This document shows, piece by piece, positions 27,378 to 37,080 of a DNA stretch of 64,000 bases. The stretch is taken from assembly GCA_963805945.1 (NCBI GenBank), contig CAWDVP010000001.1, forward strand, positions 64,001 to 128,000. The letters are read 5' to 3'. This DNA is from Vulcanimicrobiota bacterium. GTDB lineage: Bacteria > Vulcanimicrobiota > Vulcanimicrobiia > Eremiobacterales > Eremiobacteraceae. A program made the position numbers and the translations under genes. The notes below the pieces were generated by a model that worked only from the letters and a program-made list of their open reading frames with translations, was not told where the DNA came from and ran no database searches. The stretch's first letter is position 1. Every line of letters starts with the position of its first letter.

Positions 27378-28007
27378 TCATACGCGGTACAATCCGCGCC
27401 ACCTCGGCGCGAGCACGAAGAACAACTGTGAGAGCACGATCGCCGCGATGCTCCAGTAGGTGTTGAAGACGCAGAGCGACGCGCTCAACGCATAGAGCAC
27501 CTGGCCGGTGATGATACGGCGTTCGATTGCCCGGCCCACGTCGACAGCCGAATCGTCCTTGAGCAGCCCCGCGCGGGTCGCATACCGCCAACTGACCCAG
27601 AGCGTGCCCCCGAGCAAGACGATGTTGAGCCAATAGATGACCACCGCGAGGCGATAGGTGATGAACTCCGCCAGCAGCGCGGTGGAGAACGGCATCAGCG
27701 CGACCACGAGCAGGAAGGCGATCTGCATCCACGTGAGGTCGCGATTGCTGCGGGCGAAGCTGCTGAGCTGCGTCTGCTGGCCGACCCAGAAGATGCCCAG
27801 CGTCATGAAGCTCATGAAATATGCGAGCAGCCGCGGCGACAGCACGAGCAGGGCGCTCAGCAGGTCGCCTTCGCTATGGATCGCCGTGCTCACCGGCACG
27901 CGCAGGTCGAGCACGAGCAATGTCATCGCGATGGCGAAGACGCCGTCGCTCAACGCAGAAAGCCGCTCCAGGCTTTGACCTGCGACCACGTTGTACAGCG
28001 GTTTCAT
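27378..28007 (-). CDS. TMEM175 family K+ channel (DUF1211)
   Basis: RL.ALSDGVFAIAMTLLVLDL signature; 6 TMs. Confidence 0.9.
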   Translation of the reverse strand: MKPLYNVVAGQSLERLSALSDGVFAIAMTLLVLDLRVPVSTAIHSEGDLLSALLVLSPRLLAYFMSFMTLGIFWVGQQTQLSSFARSNRDLTWMQIAFLLVVALMPFSTALLAEFITYRLAVVIYWLNIVLLGGTLWVSWRYATRAGLLKDDSAVDVGRAIERRIITGQVLYALSASLCVFNTYWSIAAIVLSQLFFVLAPRWRGLYRV

Positions 28008-29044
28008 ACCCACTCCGGCGCGCCCGGCTCGGGGATAAGCGCGTACTTGAAGCCGCGACGGTGGTCGAGGTCATCGAAGACGTCCGGCAGATTCGAGAGC
28101 GGCACGATCCCGGACACCAGCGGCCGCAACGCGAGTCGCCCGGTGACGAGCAGGTCACGCGCCTCGCGCACGTCGGCCGGGGTGAAATGAAAGGCACCGA
28201 GACAGGTCAGCTCGTCGTAATGCAGGCGCGTCGCGTCCAGCGGCACCTCGCTGCCTGACGGCAGGCCGCCGAAGAACAGCGTGCGGCCGCCCGGACGGGT
28301 GAGCGCGAGCGCCTGGCGCCAGGCGTCCGGCGACCCCGCGCATTCGATGGCGGCGGCATAGCGCTGCGACAAAGGCACGCCGCCGGCCGCGCGCGCATCG
28401 ATCGTCTCGTCGGCGCCGAGCGCGCGCGCGATCGCGAGACGTTCCTCGCTGCGCGCGATCACGGTCGCGCGCACGCCCGCATGGCGTGCGTAGAGCAGGT
28501 GCAACAGGCCGATCGTGCCGGCGCCGATGATCGCGACGTCGCGCGGCGTCGGACGCTCGGCGTTGGCGCGGCGCAGCGCGCTCCAGCCGTGCACGATGCA
28601 GGACAGCGGCTCCAGGAACGCCGCTTCGATGTAGCTCAGCCCGACCGGCTTCTTGAAGACGTTGCGCCGCACGATCTTCCGCGGCAGCACGATGTGGTCC
28701 GCATACGCCCCGAGCGCGACGTCGTCGAAGATATGCTCGCACAAGTTCTCGTAACCGTCGCGGCAGCGCGCGCACTGCTCGCACGGCGCGGTCTGCACCC
28801 ACATGATCGCGTCGCCCGGCTTGAAGCCGGTCACGTCGGGGCCCACCGCCACGATGTCGCCGGACGCCTCGTGTCCGAACGGACCGTAGGCGAGCTTCGG
28901 GTGGCCGCGGCGATACGTCTTCAGATCCGTGCCGCACGTGAGAGCCGCGCGCACGCGCACGAGGACTTCACCCGCTCCGGGCGCGGGCGTCGGCGCTTCG
29001 TGCCATGCAAGCGTCCTGGGCGCGGTCAGGCGCGCTTGGCGCAT
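28004..29044 (-). CDS. Zn-dependent MDR dehydrogenase
   Basis: TCGTD, GHE, CEQCARC..C, LEPLSC, GAGTIG. Confidence 0.9.
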   Translation of the reverse strand: MRQARLTAPRTLAWHEAPTPAPGAGEVLVRVRAALTCGTDLKTYRRGHPKLAYGPFGHEASGDIVAVGPDVTGFKPGDAIMWVQTAPCEQCARCRDGYENLCEHIFDDVALGAYADHIVLPRKIVRRNVFKKPVGLSYIEAAFLEPLSCIVHGWSALRRANAERPTPRDVAIIGAGTIGLLHLLYARHAGVRATVIARSEERLAIARALGADETIDARAAGGVPLSQRYAAAIECAGSPDAWRQALALTRPGGRTLFFGGLPSGSEVPLDATRLHYDELTCLGAFHFTPADVREARDLLVTGRLALRPLVSGIVPLSNLPDVFDDLDHRRGFKYALIPEPGAPEWV

Positions 29045-29048
29045 CCGC

Positions 29049-29940
29049 TCACTTGATGACCTGCACGCCGGCGGCGCGTTCGTACAGCTCCGAGACGACG
29101 CTGTAGTCGAGTTTGCCGCCGCCTTCGGCCGAGGCTTGCAGGTAGAGCTGGCCCGCAAGCGCCGCCTCGATCATCGGCACGTGCATCTGCTTGGCCGCGT
29201 CGAGCGCGGCGTTGAGGTCCTTGCGCAGCAGGTCGAGCGCGAAGCCGCCCTCGTGGCTACCTTTGAACCACGTGTTCGGCAACCACTTGTCGAGGATGTA
29301 GTTCGAGCCGGTGGCGGTGCCGATCACCTTGCGCAGCAGGTCGATGTCGGCACCCGACTTCTTGGCGAAGGTGAGCGCCTCCACATCGGCGATCATCACG
29401 ATGGCGATGATGATCTGATTCACGAGTTTGAAGGTCTCACCCATGCCCGCGGGGCCGACGAGAGTCGGCGTGCCCATCGCGCGGAACACCTGCTCGCATG
29501 CGGCGAACGTCGCCGCGTCGCCGCCCGCCATGATCGTGAGCTCGCCCGTTGCGGCGCGCGCGGGCCCACCGGAGACCGGGGCGTCGAGCATCTGGATGCC
29601 GCCGCTGCGCAGGCGTTCGTGGAACCCGCGCGAGGCGACCGGCGAGATCGTCGACATGTCGATGACGTAGCCGCCGCTGCGCATACCTGCGGCGACGCCC
29701 CGCTCGCCGAAGAGCGCTTCCTCTACCTGCGGGCTGTCGGGCACCATGGTGACGACTGCATCGCTGGCGGCGGCGACCGCGGCCGGATCCGCCGCTTCGA
29801 CCGCGCCGGCTTTTGATGAGACGCTCGACGCCCGCGCGCGAGCGGTGCGCGCACACGCGCAAGGCGAAACCCGCCCGCAACAGCGACGCGCCCATGGGTT
29901 CGCCCATCGCGCCGATACCGATGAGGCCGATGTTCTTCAT
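29049..29940 (-). CDS. Beta-hydroxyacid dehydrogenase (GarR/GlxR/3-hydroxyisobutyrate DH family), frameshift near 29811
   Basis: GLIGIGAMG, DMSTI, DAPVSGG, KLVNQ, KDL; extra base in a 4-nt homopolymer. Confidence 0.9.
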
Positions 29941-29976
29941 CCGGATAGAATGGGCCGCGAACGGGCTGAGCTCCTG

Positions 29977-30003
29977 GCGGTCGAGTGAACTCGACCGCTC
30001 CAT
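29977..30003 (-). repeat. REP-like palindrome, subfamily A
   Basis: GCGGTCGAG-TGAA-CTCGACCGC-TCCAT; core identical to the 18040 copy. Confidence 0.85.
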
Positions 30004-30009
30004 GGGCCG

Positions 30010-32311
30010 TCAGTAGCGCTGCGTCACCGTCAAGCGCAGCGCGGCGCCCTGCAGCGAGTACGCATCGGTCGGCATGGTGCCGCCGGGAACTGGATACGGC
30101 ACGCCGGCGCCCGCCAGCGTGAACCTATCGTTGAATTGATTTGTGAGATTCGTGCCGGCCAGGCTGAGTTCGGTGTGGCCGAACGTCATGCCCGCGCTCG
30201 CATCGAGGACCACGTAGGCCGGGCGGTTGAGCTCATTGTTCGCGCTCTCGTAGGTGCCTGCGATCGCGTAGCCGAGGCCGTGCGCCGGTTGCCGGTCCAG
30301 CGCCAGCCGCGCTTTATGCAGCGGAATGCCCTGGAACTGCTCGCCCGGGATCATCGGCGGCGCAGCGGGGTTGATGAGCGCCGGATCGCCCGTCGGGAAC
30401 GCGGAGTTGATGCCGTAGCTCGCGTGCAGCGCGACGCCGTCCGCCAGAGGTTGATCCGCGCGCAACTCGACGCCCTGGTAATACGATTGGCCGACGTTGC
30501 CGAGGAACGTGAGCGATCCGTCGGCTGCGACGGTCTGCACACCAGCGTCATCGATGAGCGTGCGATAGAGATTGAGCGTGCTGATCGTCGCCAGCCGCCC
30601 GCTGCCGAAGCGGTGCTCGCGCCAAGATCGTATTCGACCGAGCGCTCTGTCTGCAGCGACGGGTTGAAAGCGAGTTCGGTGAGCAGCGGCGCCCGAAAAC
30701 CCGTGCCGAACGAGGCGCGCACCACGGTGTTCGGCGGCGTCCACACGACGGCGAACCGGGGATCGACGCTGGTGCCGAACGTGCTGAACGAGCTGTAATA
30801 CGCCGCCAGCGTGTAATGCAGGTACTGGCTGGCGCTCCACGTGTAGCGCCCGACGATCCAGCGCTCGATCGAGTATTGCGTCGGCGGGCCCGGCGCGAAC
30901 GCGTCGGGCGCGGTGAGCCGTTCTCTGCGCAGATCGAGCGAGACGGCGATCGTCGCGTCCGTCGGACCCGGCAGCGCGCGCTCGTATTGCGCGATGTCGT
31001 CGTCGACGCGATCGGCGTCGTTGAGCAGATACGGGTTGAGCGTCGGACTGATGTTCTCGGTCGACTGGTTGCTGATATTGGTGAGATGGCTGATGGTGAG
31101 CGTCGCGGGCGCCAGGCCGTTCGCCCCGTGCCGGCCGAGCGGCAGCTGCAGGTCGAGACCATACGCCGGCGCGGCGGTCAGCACGGCGGCGCCCGCGTGC
31201 GTTCACCGCGGTGAAGGGCGCGCCCGGCGCGGTGTTGCTCGGATCATCGGGTGCGCTGAGCGGCGCTGAGAGGTTGCGATAGGCGGCGGTGTCGCGAAAG
31301 GTCGCTTCGATGAATCCGGTATTGCCTTCAAGCGAGTAGCGGACTTTTGCGAGCGTCGCGGTGCCATCGATGTTGGAGCCGACAAGAGCCGTCTGCGCCG
31401 GCGCGCCCGGACCGGGCGTGGCGATCGTGATGGGATAGTCGTAGACCTCGCCTTGCGTCGTATAGCGGCGGTACAGCAGCGCATAGCCGAAGCGCTGATC
31501 GGTGCCGGTCGCGGCGATGGTCTCGCCCGCCGAGTCGAAGCTGCCGAAGGACGCGCGGACGAGACCATGGTCTTGGGCGGTGGGTTCGATGGTGCGGAAG
31601 TTGATCGCGCCGCCTTCGGAATCGGCGCCCACCAGCGACGATGGTCCGACGCCGTACACGATCTGCACGCCGGCGAACTCCGACGGGTCGAGCAGTTCGA
31701 GGTCGAAGTCGCCGGTGTTCTCGTTGTTCACCTGGTGACCGTCGATGTCGACGATGGTCTCGGACGGATCCGGACCGCGCAGCGCCGCGGTCTGCGGCAG
31801 ACCCGGTCGCACCGCCCGCTTGGCGCACCATGGTCACCGCGAGCTGCTGCCCGAGGACGTCGCTCAGCTGCGCGCCCCCTTGCGACGCGAGCGCCTGGGG
31901 ATTGATATCTGTCGTGGGCGCCGATGCCCTCGAGAGCGCGCTCGAGCCGTTCACCGTGACGGCGCCCAGCATGGCGACGCCGTTGGCGGCGGCGCGCGCG
32001 AGGCTCACCTCGACTCGCGTGACCGCGCCGGCCGCTACCGCTACCTGCCGGTTTGAGATCGGCGCAAAACCGGCTGCGCGCGCCTGCAGCCCGTAGACTC
32101 CCTCTTCGATTTCGCCGAAGGTGAAAGCGCCGCGCGCGTCCGACGACGTCTCGAAACGATGCGCCGGCGAGCGCAAGGTCACCGTGGCGCCGACGATGGC
32201 GACGCCACTCGTATCTTTGACGCTGCCTTCGATCGAACCGGGGGCCGCGGCTGCCGGGGCCGCGCACAGCACGAGCAGCCCTATTGTCATCAGCGCGGCG
32301 CGTGGCCACAT
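30010..32311 (-). CDS. TonB-dependent receptor with N-terminal carboxypeptidase-regulatory-like domain (frameshifts near 31810, 31200, 30620)
   Basis: Signal peptide; plug motifs (LRG...IDG, GGAINF); GTGFRAP, NLTN; C-terminal aromatic residue. Confidence 0.85.
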
Positions 32312-32357
32312 GTTGAAAGGACTTGTCAGCGGCCGGGGTAAGCGCCTTCTTCGTACC

Positions 32358-33249
32358 ATGAAAGATCGCTTAGAAGGCATTCTGCTGGGCTCGCTGGGCG
32401 TGCTCGCGTTCAGCATCACGCTTCCCGCCACGCGCTTCGTCGTGCCGCAGCTCGGCGCGGCGTTCATCGGCTTCGGCCGTGGCGCGGTGGCCGGCGCACT
32501 CGCGCTGTTGGTCGTGCTCATCATGCGCGAGCCGCTGCCGCCGAGGCAATACTGGAGCGGCCTGGCGATCGTCGTCGCTGGGCGTCACCATCGGCTTCCC
32601 GTTGTTCTCCGCGATCGCGCTGCGCACGCTGCCGAGCGCGCATAGCGCGGTGGTCGTCGGCCTGCTGCCGGCGGCGACCGCGATCATGGCGGTGCTGCTC
32701 GTCCACGAACGGCCTCAACCCGCCTTCTGGTTCGCCAGCGCCGCCGGCGTCATCGCGGTGCTGCTCTTCGCCGCGGTCGAAGGCGCGGGCCGCCCGCAGC
32801 TGCCCGATCTGCTCTTGCTGCTCGCGGTTTTCGGCGGGGCGATCGGCTATGCCGAGGGCGGCCGCATCGCCAAGCACATCGGTGGCTTCCGGGTCATCTT
32901 GTGGGCGCTCGTCATCTGCGTGCCGTTCCTCGTGCCGCCGACGCTGTGGCTCGCCCTCCATGGCGGCCTGCACGCCGAGCCTGCCGGCTGGCTCGCTTTC
33001 GGCTACGTCGCGCTGATCAGCCAGTTCCTGGCGTTCTTGCCGTGGTACCGGGGGCTCGTGCTGGCGGGCGTGGCGTACACCAGCCAGCTCCAGCTGGCGC
33101 AGCCGGTCCTCACGATCGCCTGGTCCGCTTGGCTGCTGCACGAGCACGTGGGTGGCGTGACCATCGCCGCGTCGCTGCTGGTCATCGGCTGCGCGGCGGC
33201 GACACAATGGACCCGGCCGCCGCTCGCGGAAGAATTACCGGTCGAATAA
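32358..33249 (+). CDS. DMT/EamA transporter (frameshift near 32580)
   Basis: FSITLPATR, GYAEGG, WYRGL, QLQLAQP. Confidence 0.85.
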
Positions 33250-33264
33250 ATTCGACCGCTCCAT
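33239..33264 (-). repeat. REP-like palindrome, subfamily A, overlapping DMT stop codon
   Basis: CGGTCGAA-TAAA-TTCGACCG-CTCCAT; the loop TAA is the stop codon. Confidence 0.85.
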
Positions 33265-33276
33265 ACGAATCGAGAT

Positions 33277-35557
33277 ATGAGAAAACGGATCGTCCTCGGC
33301 TGCGTCGCGCTGCTCGCCTGCTGCGCTCTCGCGCGGCTCCTGCCGTATGCCGCGCCTATCCGTGCGACGGACATCGCACAGGATAGCCAGGCGATCGAAT
33401 TCACCGACCGCAACGGCCTGCCGCTCGGCACGCTGCTCGCGCGCGATCAAGAGCACACCGCCGCCGTGCCGCTCGAGCGCGTCTCACCGCTCTTCCTGCA
33501 CGCCATCGTCGCGGCGGAAGACGCGCGCTTCTTCCAGGATGGCCCGGTGGACTACCGCGCGCTGGCGCGTTCCGCCGCGCAGGCGCTGCGCGCGCGGCGC
33601 GTGGTGAGCGGCGGTTCCACGATCACGATGCAGCTCGCGCGCATGGTGAGCGGCGCGCCGAGCACGCCGCTCGGCAAGGCGCAGCAGATCTGGGTCGCAT
33701 GGCGTATCGCCGCGGGCATGGACCGGGATCAGATCCTCGAGGCGTACGTCAACCGGCTGCCGATGGGCGGCAATGTCTATGGCGTCGAGGCGGCGTCACG
33801 GACCTACTTCGGCACGGCCGCCCGCGATCTCGATCTCGCGCAAGCCGCGGCGCTCGCCGCGATCCCCAACGACCCGGTCGGTCTCGACCCGTATCATCAC
33901 GCACCAGACCTCAGGCGGCGCGAGGCCTACGTGCTCGATCGCATGGTCGCGCGCGGCGACATCACGTCCGCGCGCGCGCAGCGGGCGCTCGCCGAGCACA
34001 TCTCGTTGCAGCCGCGCAGCCGCGGCATTATCGCGGCGCCGCACTTCCTGTTCTGGCTCGCCGGGCAGCTGCCGGCGCGCACGGCGCGCGTGCGCACGAC
34101 CATCGACCGGCCGCTGCAGCAGTTCGTCGAGACGCAGCTCCAGCAGGTCATCGGCGCGCTCTCGTCGCGCAATGTGCGCAACGCCGCGGCGCTGGTCGTC
34201 GACAACCACACAGGCGAGGTGCTCGCATACGTCGGCTCGCCCGATTATTTCTCCGAGGCGGATCAGGGCCGCAACGACGGCGTGCAGGCGCTGCGCCAGC
34301 CCGGATCGACGCTTAAGCCTTTCCTCTACGAGTTCGCGCTCGAGACGCGGACGATCCATCCGAACACGATCCTGGCCGACGTGCCCGCCCACTACGCCAT
34401 CCCCGGCGCGAAGCTGTACAGCCCGACCGACTATAGCGAGACTTTCCAGGGACCGGTGCGCGTCCGCATCGCGCTGGCGGATTCGCTCAACGTGCCCGCG
34501 GTGCGCGTGCTGGAGAAGGTCGGCGTGTCGCCGTTTCTCGAGCGTCTGCACGCGCTCGGCTTCGCGCACCTCGATCGCAGCGCCGACTACTACGGGCTCG
34601 GCTTGACGCTCGGCGGCGGCGAGGTGCGCCTGTGGGAGCTCGCGCACGGCTACGTCGTCGCCGCGCGGCGCGGCGCACCCGTTGATTTGACCACGTGGTT
34701 TCCCGAGACGAGTGGGAATGGAGCGGTCGAATCTCATTCGACCGCCCGCGGGCGCCGCTATCGGCACTCCGGCCGCTGGGAGCTCGTCACCGATATGCTC
34801 AGCGACGCGCACGCACGCGCCCGATCGTTCGGCTTCGTCTCCGCGCTCGACGTGCCGTTCCCCGCGGCGGTGAAGACCGGCACGTCGTCGGACTTCCGCG
34901 ACACGTGGACCGTCGGCTTCACGACGCGATTACACGGTGGCGGTGTGGGTCGGCAACTTCAACGGCGAGCCGATGCGGCGGGTGTCGGGCGTCGCCGGCG
35001 CGGCGCCGCTGTGGAATCGCATCATGCTGCATCTGCACGAGGCCCGCGAGCCTGCGCCGTTCCTGGCGCCGCAAGGCATGCTGGCACGTCAGATCTGCGC
35101 GCAGACGGGCTACAAGCCGACGCCCGATTGCGATTCCGTCGTGTCGGAATATCTGTGGCCGGAGGACCTGCAGACGTACGAGCGTCCGCAAGAGGCCGCC
35201 GGCTTGCCGCGCGAGTACGATGAGTGGCTCGCACTGCAGCACCGCGCGCCAGCATCGGGCAGCGGCTTCCGCATCGTGGCGCCGCGTGAAGGCGACTACT
35301 ATCTCGTCACGCCGAGCGCCGCCGGGCGAGAACGCTTGAAGTTCCAAGCGGCCGCGCTGCCGGGACGTCCGGTGGATTGGCTGCTCAACGGCCGGCACGT
35401 CGCCAGCGGACCCGCCTATTTCTTCTGGCCGATGAAGGCCGGCCATTTCACCGTCGAGGCCGCCAGCGCCGGCCATGTCGATCGCGTCGCCTTCGACGTC
35501 GCTGCGGGCACGATCGCGCGCGAGCCGCGCCGCGGGTTCTCATTCATCTCGCGTTGA
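33277..35557 (+). CDS. pbpC: Penicillin-binding protein 1C (frameshift near 34930)
   Basis: EDARF and GGSTITMQLAR (transglycosylase); GSTLKPF, SLN and KTG (transpeptidase); C-terminal Ig-like domain; alpha-2-macroglobulin nearby. Confidence 0.9.
34718..34745 (+). repeat. REP-like palindrome, subfamily A, inside pbpC
   Basis: ATGGA-GCGGTCGAAT-CTC-ATTCGACCGC, read as GAVESHSTA. Confidence 0.8.
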
Positions 35558-35567
35558 ATGTGTCACG

Positions 35568-35999
35568 ATGAGACCGATGGATAGCGACGATCAGAACTTC
35601 CTCGGCGCACTTGAGGCGGCGAGCATTCCCAATGCAGCCTTCCGGCATGCCGATCACCTGCGTGCCGTGTTCCTCTACCTCACGCGCGACGGCTATCCCG
35701 GCGGCGCTGATGCGGTCGCGGCGGCCATCAAACGCTTCGCGGCAGCGCATGGCGCGAGCGGTAAGTATCATGAGACCCTCACCCGCACGTGGGCGCGGCT
35801 CGTCGCCGCGCACATGCGGTCGAGATCGCCCGGTGTCGCCGCGTTCGGACCCTTCATCGAGGCGAACCCGGAGCTCTTGGACAAAGCGCTGCCGGCGCAT
35901 TTCTACTCCCAAGAGCGGCTCTTCAGCCCGGCCGCGCGAGAGCGCTTGCAAGAACCGGATCTTCACGCGTTGCCTGCGGTATCTCCCTGGCCGTCATAG
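35568..35999 (+). CDS. Conserved hypothetical protein
   Basis: FRHADHLR and KYHETLT motifs. Confidence 0.75.
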   Translation: MRPMDSDDQNFLGALEAASIPNAAFRHADHLRAVFLYLTRDGYPGGADAVAAAIKRFAAAHGASGKYHETLTRTWARLVAAHMRSRSPGVAAFGPFIEANPELLDKALPAHFYSQERLFSPAARERLQEPDLHALPAVSPWPS

Positions 36000-36009
36000 C
36001 GCCCGGAAC

Positions 36010-36037
36010 ATGTAGGGGCCGATCTTTAGATCGGCCC
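36010..36037 (+). repeat. REP-like palindrome, subfamily B
   Basis: ATGTAG-GGGCCGATC-TTTA-GATCGGCCC. Confidence 0.9.
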
Positions 36038-36044
36038 CTTTTTT
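36015..36044 (+). terminator. Intrinsic terminator formed by the REP hairpin
   Basis: 10-bp stem GGGGCCGATC/GATCGGCCCC followed by T6, between convergent genes. Confidence 0.7.
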
Positions 36045-36069
36045 GTGGTCCGCGGCGAGGACGGGATGA

Positions 36070-36459
36070 TTACGGCGTCCAGGTGGTCCCGTTCACGAAT
36101 ACCACTTTGACCGCTTTGCATGTGGTATGCGCGCCCGCATAGTACTTGACGTCGCTGAAGATGTCGTAGGTGTGCTCTATCAACTGGTTCGGGGCGAAAC
36201 CTTGCTGGCCGATGTCTGTCGCGCGCCGCGTGTAGGTCTGCCAGCTGACCGCGAAGATGACTTCTTTGGCCACGCGCGACGAGACGTTTGTCCACGAGAT
36301 ATGGACCGGGCCGGCGTTCTTGCTCAAGAGGGCCGGCTTGCCGACGACGCATTGGCTGACCGAGATCGGGTTCGGCGCCGCAGATGCCGTGCCGGCGATC
36401 GAGCCGACGGCCGCGAGCGCGATGGCCGCGACGAGAAGAATGCGCTGGAAGTTCTTCAT
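36070..36459 (-). CDS. Secreted hypothetical protein
   Basis: AAGGA RBS, signal peptide, two Cys, C-terminal F.NGTTW. Confidence 0.75.
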   Translation of the reverse strand: MKNFQRILLVAAIALAAVGSIAGTASAAPNPISVSQCVVGKPALLSKNAGPVHISWTNVSSRVAKEVIFAVSWQTYTRRATDIGQQGFAPNQLIEHTYDIFSDVKYYAGAHTTCKAVKVVFVNGTTWTP

Positions 36460-36629
36460 GAGAGTCCTTTCAAGGAGCGAAAAAAAGCACGCAAAAACTG
36501 TTCTGCCCATGGTTCGGGAGGCCGGGGAACCGCCCCTACGCGGGTGTCGGTCTTGGTCGCACCTGTTAAGCCCCGCCTAACATGCGCATGCTATGCTGGT
36601 CCTCCCCTGACTTCGGAGCACGAGACACC

Positions 36630-37043
36630 ATGACACACCAACTCAACGTCGTCCTCATCGCGCACGATGCGCGCAAAGAGGAGATGGCGCAATGGGCCGC
36701 CTTCAACGCCGGCTCGCTCGCCGGCTGCAACATCTTCGCGACCGCGACGACCGGTCACTTGGTCGCCGAGCGAGTCGGCTTGCCGCTGACGACGCTGCTT
36801 TCCGGGCCGCTCGGCGGCGACGCGCAAGTCGGCGCGATGATCGCCGAACGCCGCGTCGACGTCATCTTCTTCTTCTGGGATCCGCTCACGCCGCAGCCGC
36901 ACGACGTCGACGTGAAGGCGCTGCTGCGCCTCGCGGTCCTCTACGACGTGCCGATGGCGTGCAACCGGCGTTCGGCCGACCTGCTCATCTCGTCACCGCT
37001 GTTCGCGGACGTGGCGTATCACCGGGCGGAGCGTTCGGCGTGA
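36630..37043 (+). CDS. mgsA: Methylglyoxal synthase
   Basis: IAHD..K, SGPLGGDAQ, FFWDPL..QPHDVDVKALLR. Confidence 0.95.
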   Translation: MTHQLNVVLIAHDARKEEMAQWAAFNAGSLAGCNIFATATTGHLVAERVGLPLTTLLSGPLGGDAQVGAMIAERRVDVIFFFWDPLTPQPHDVDVKALLRLAVLYDVPMACNRRSADLLISSPLFADVAYHRAERSA

Positions 37044-37047
37044 TCGA

Positions 37048-37075
37048 GGGCCGATCTAAAGATCGGCCCCTACAT
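37048..37075 (-). repeat. REP-like palindrome, subfamily B
   Basis: Exact 28-bp reverse complement of 36010-36037. Confidence 0.9.
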
Positions 37076-37080
37076 CCACT

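Noticed and set aside
32312..32357. Riboswitch upstream of the TonB-dependent receptor
   Set aside because: The intergenic gap is under 50 nt and no cobalamin or TPP motifs are recognisable.
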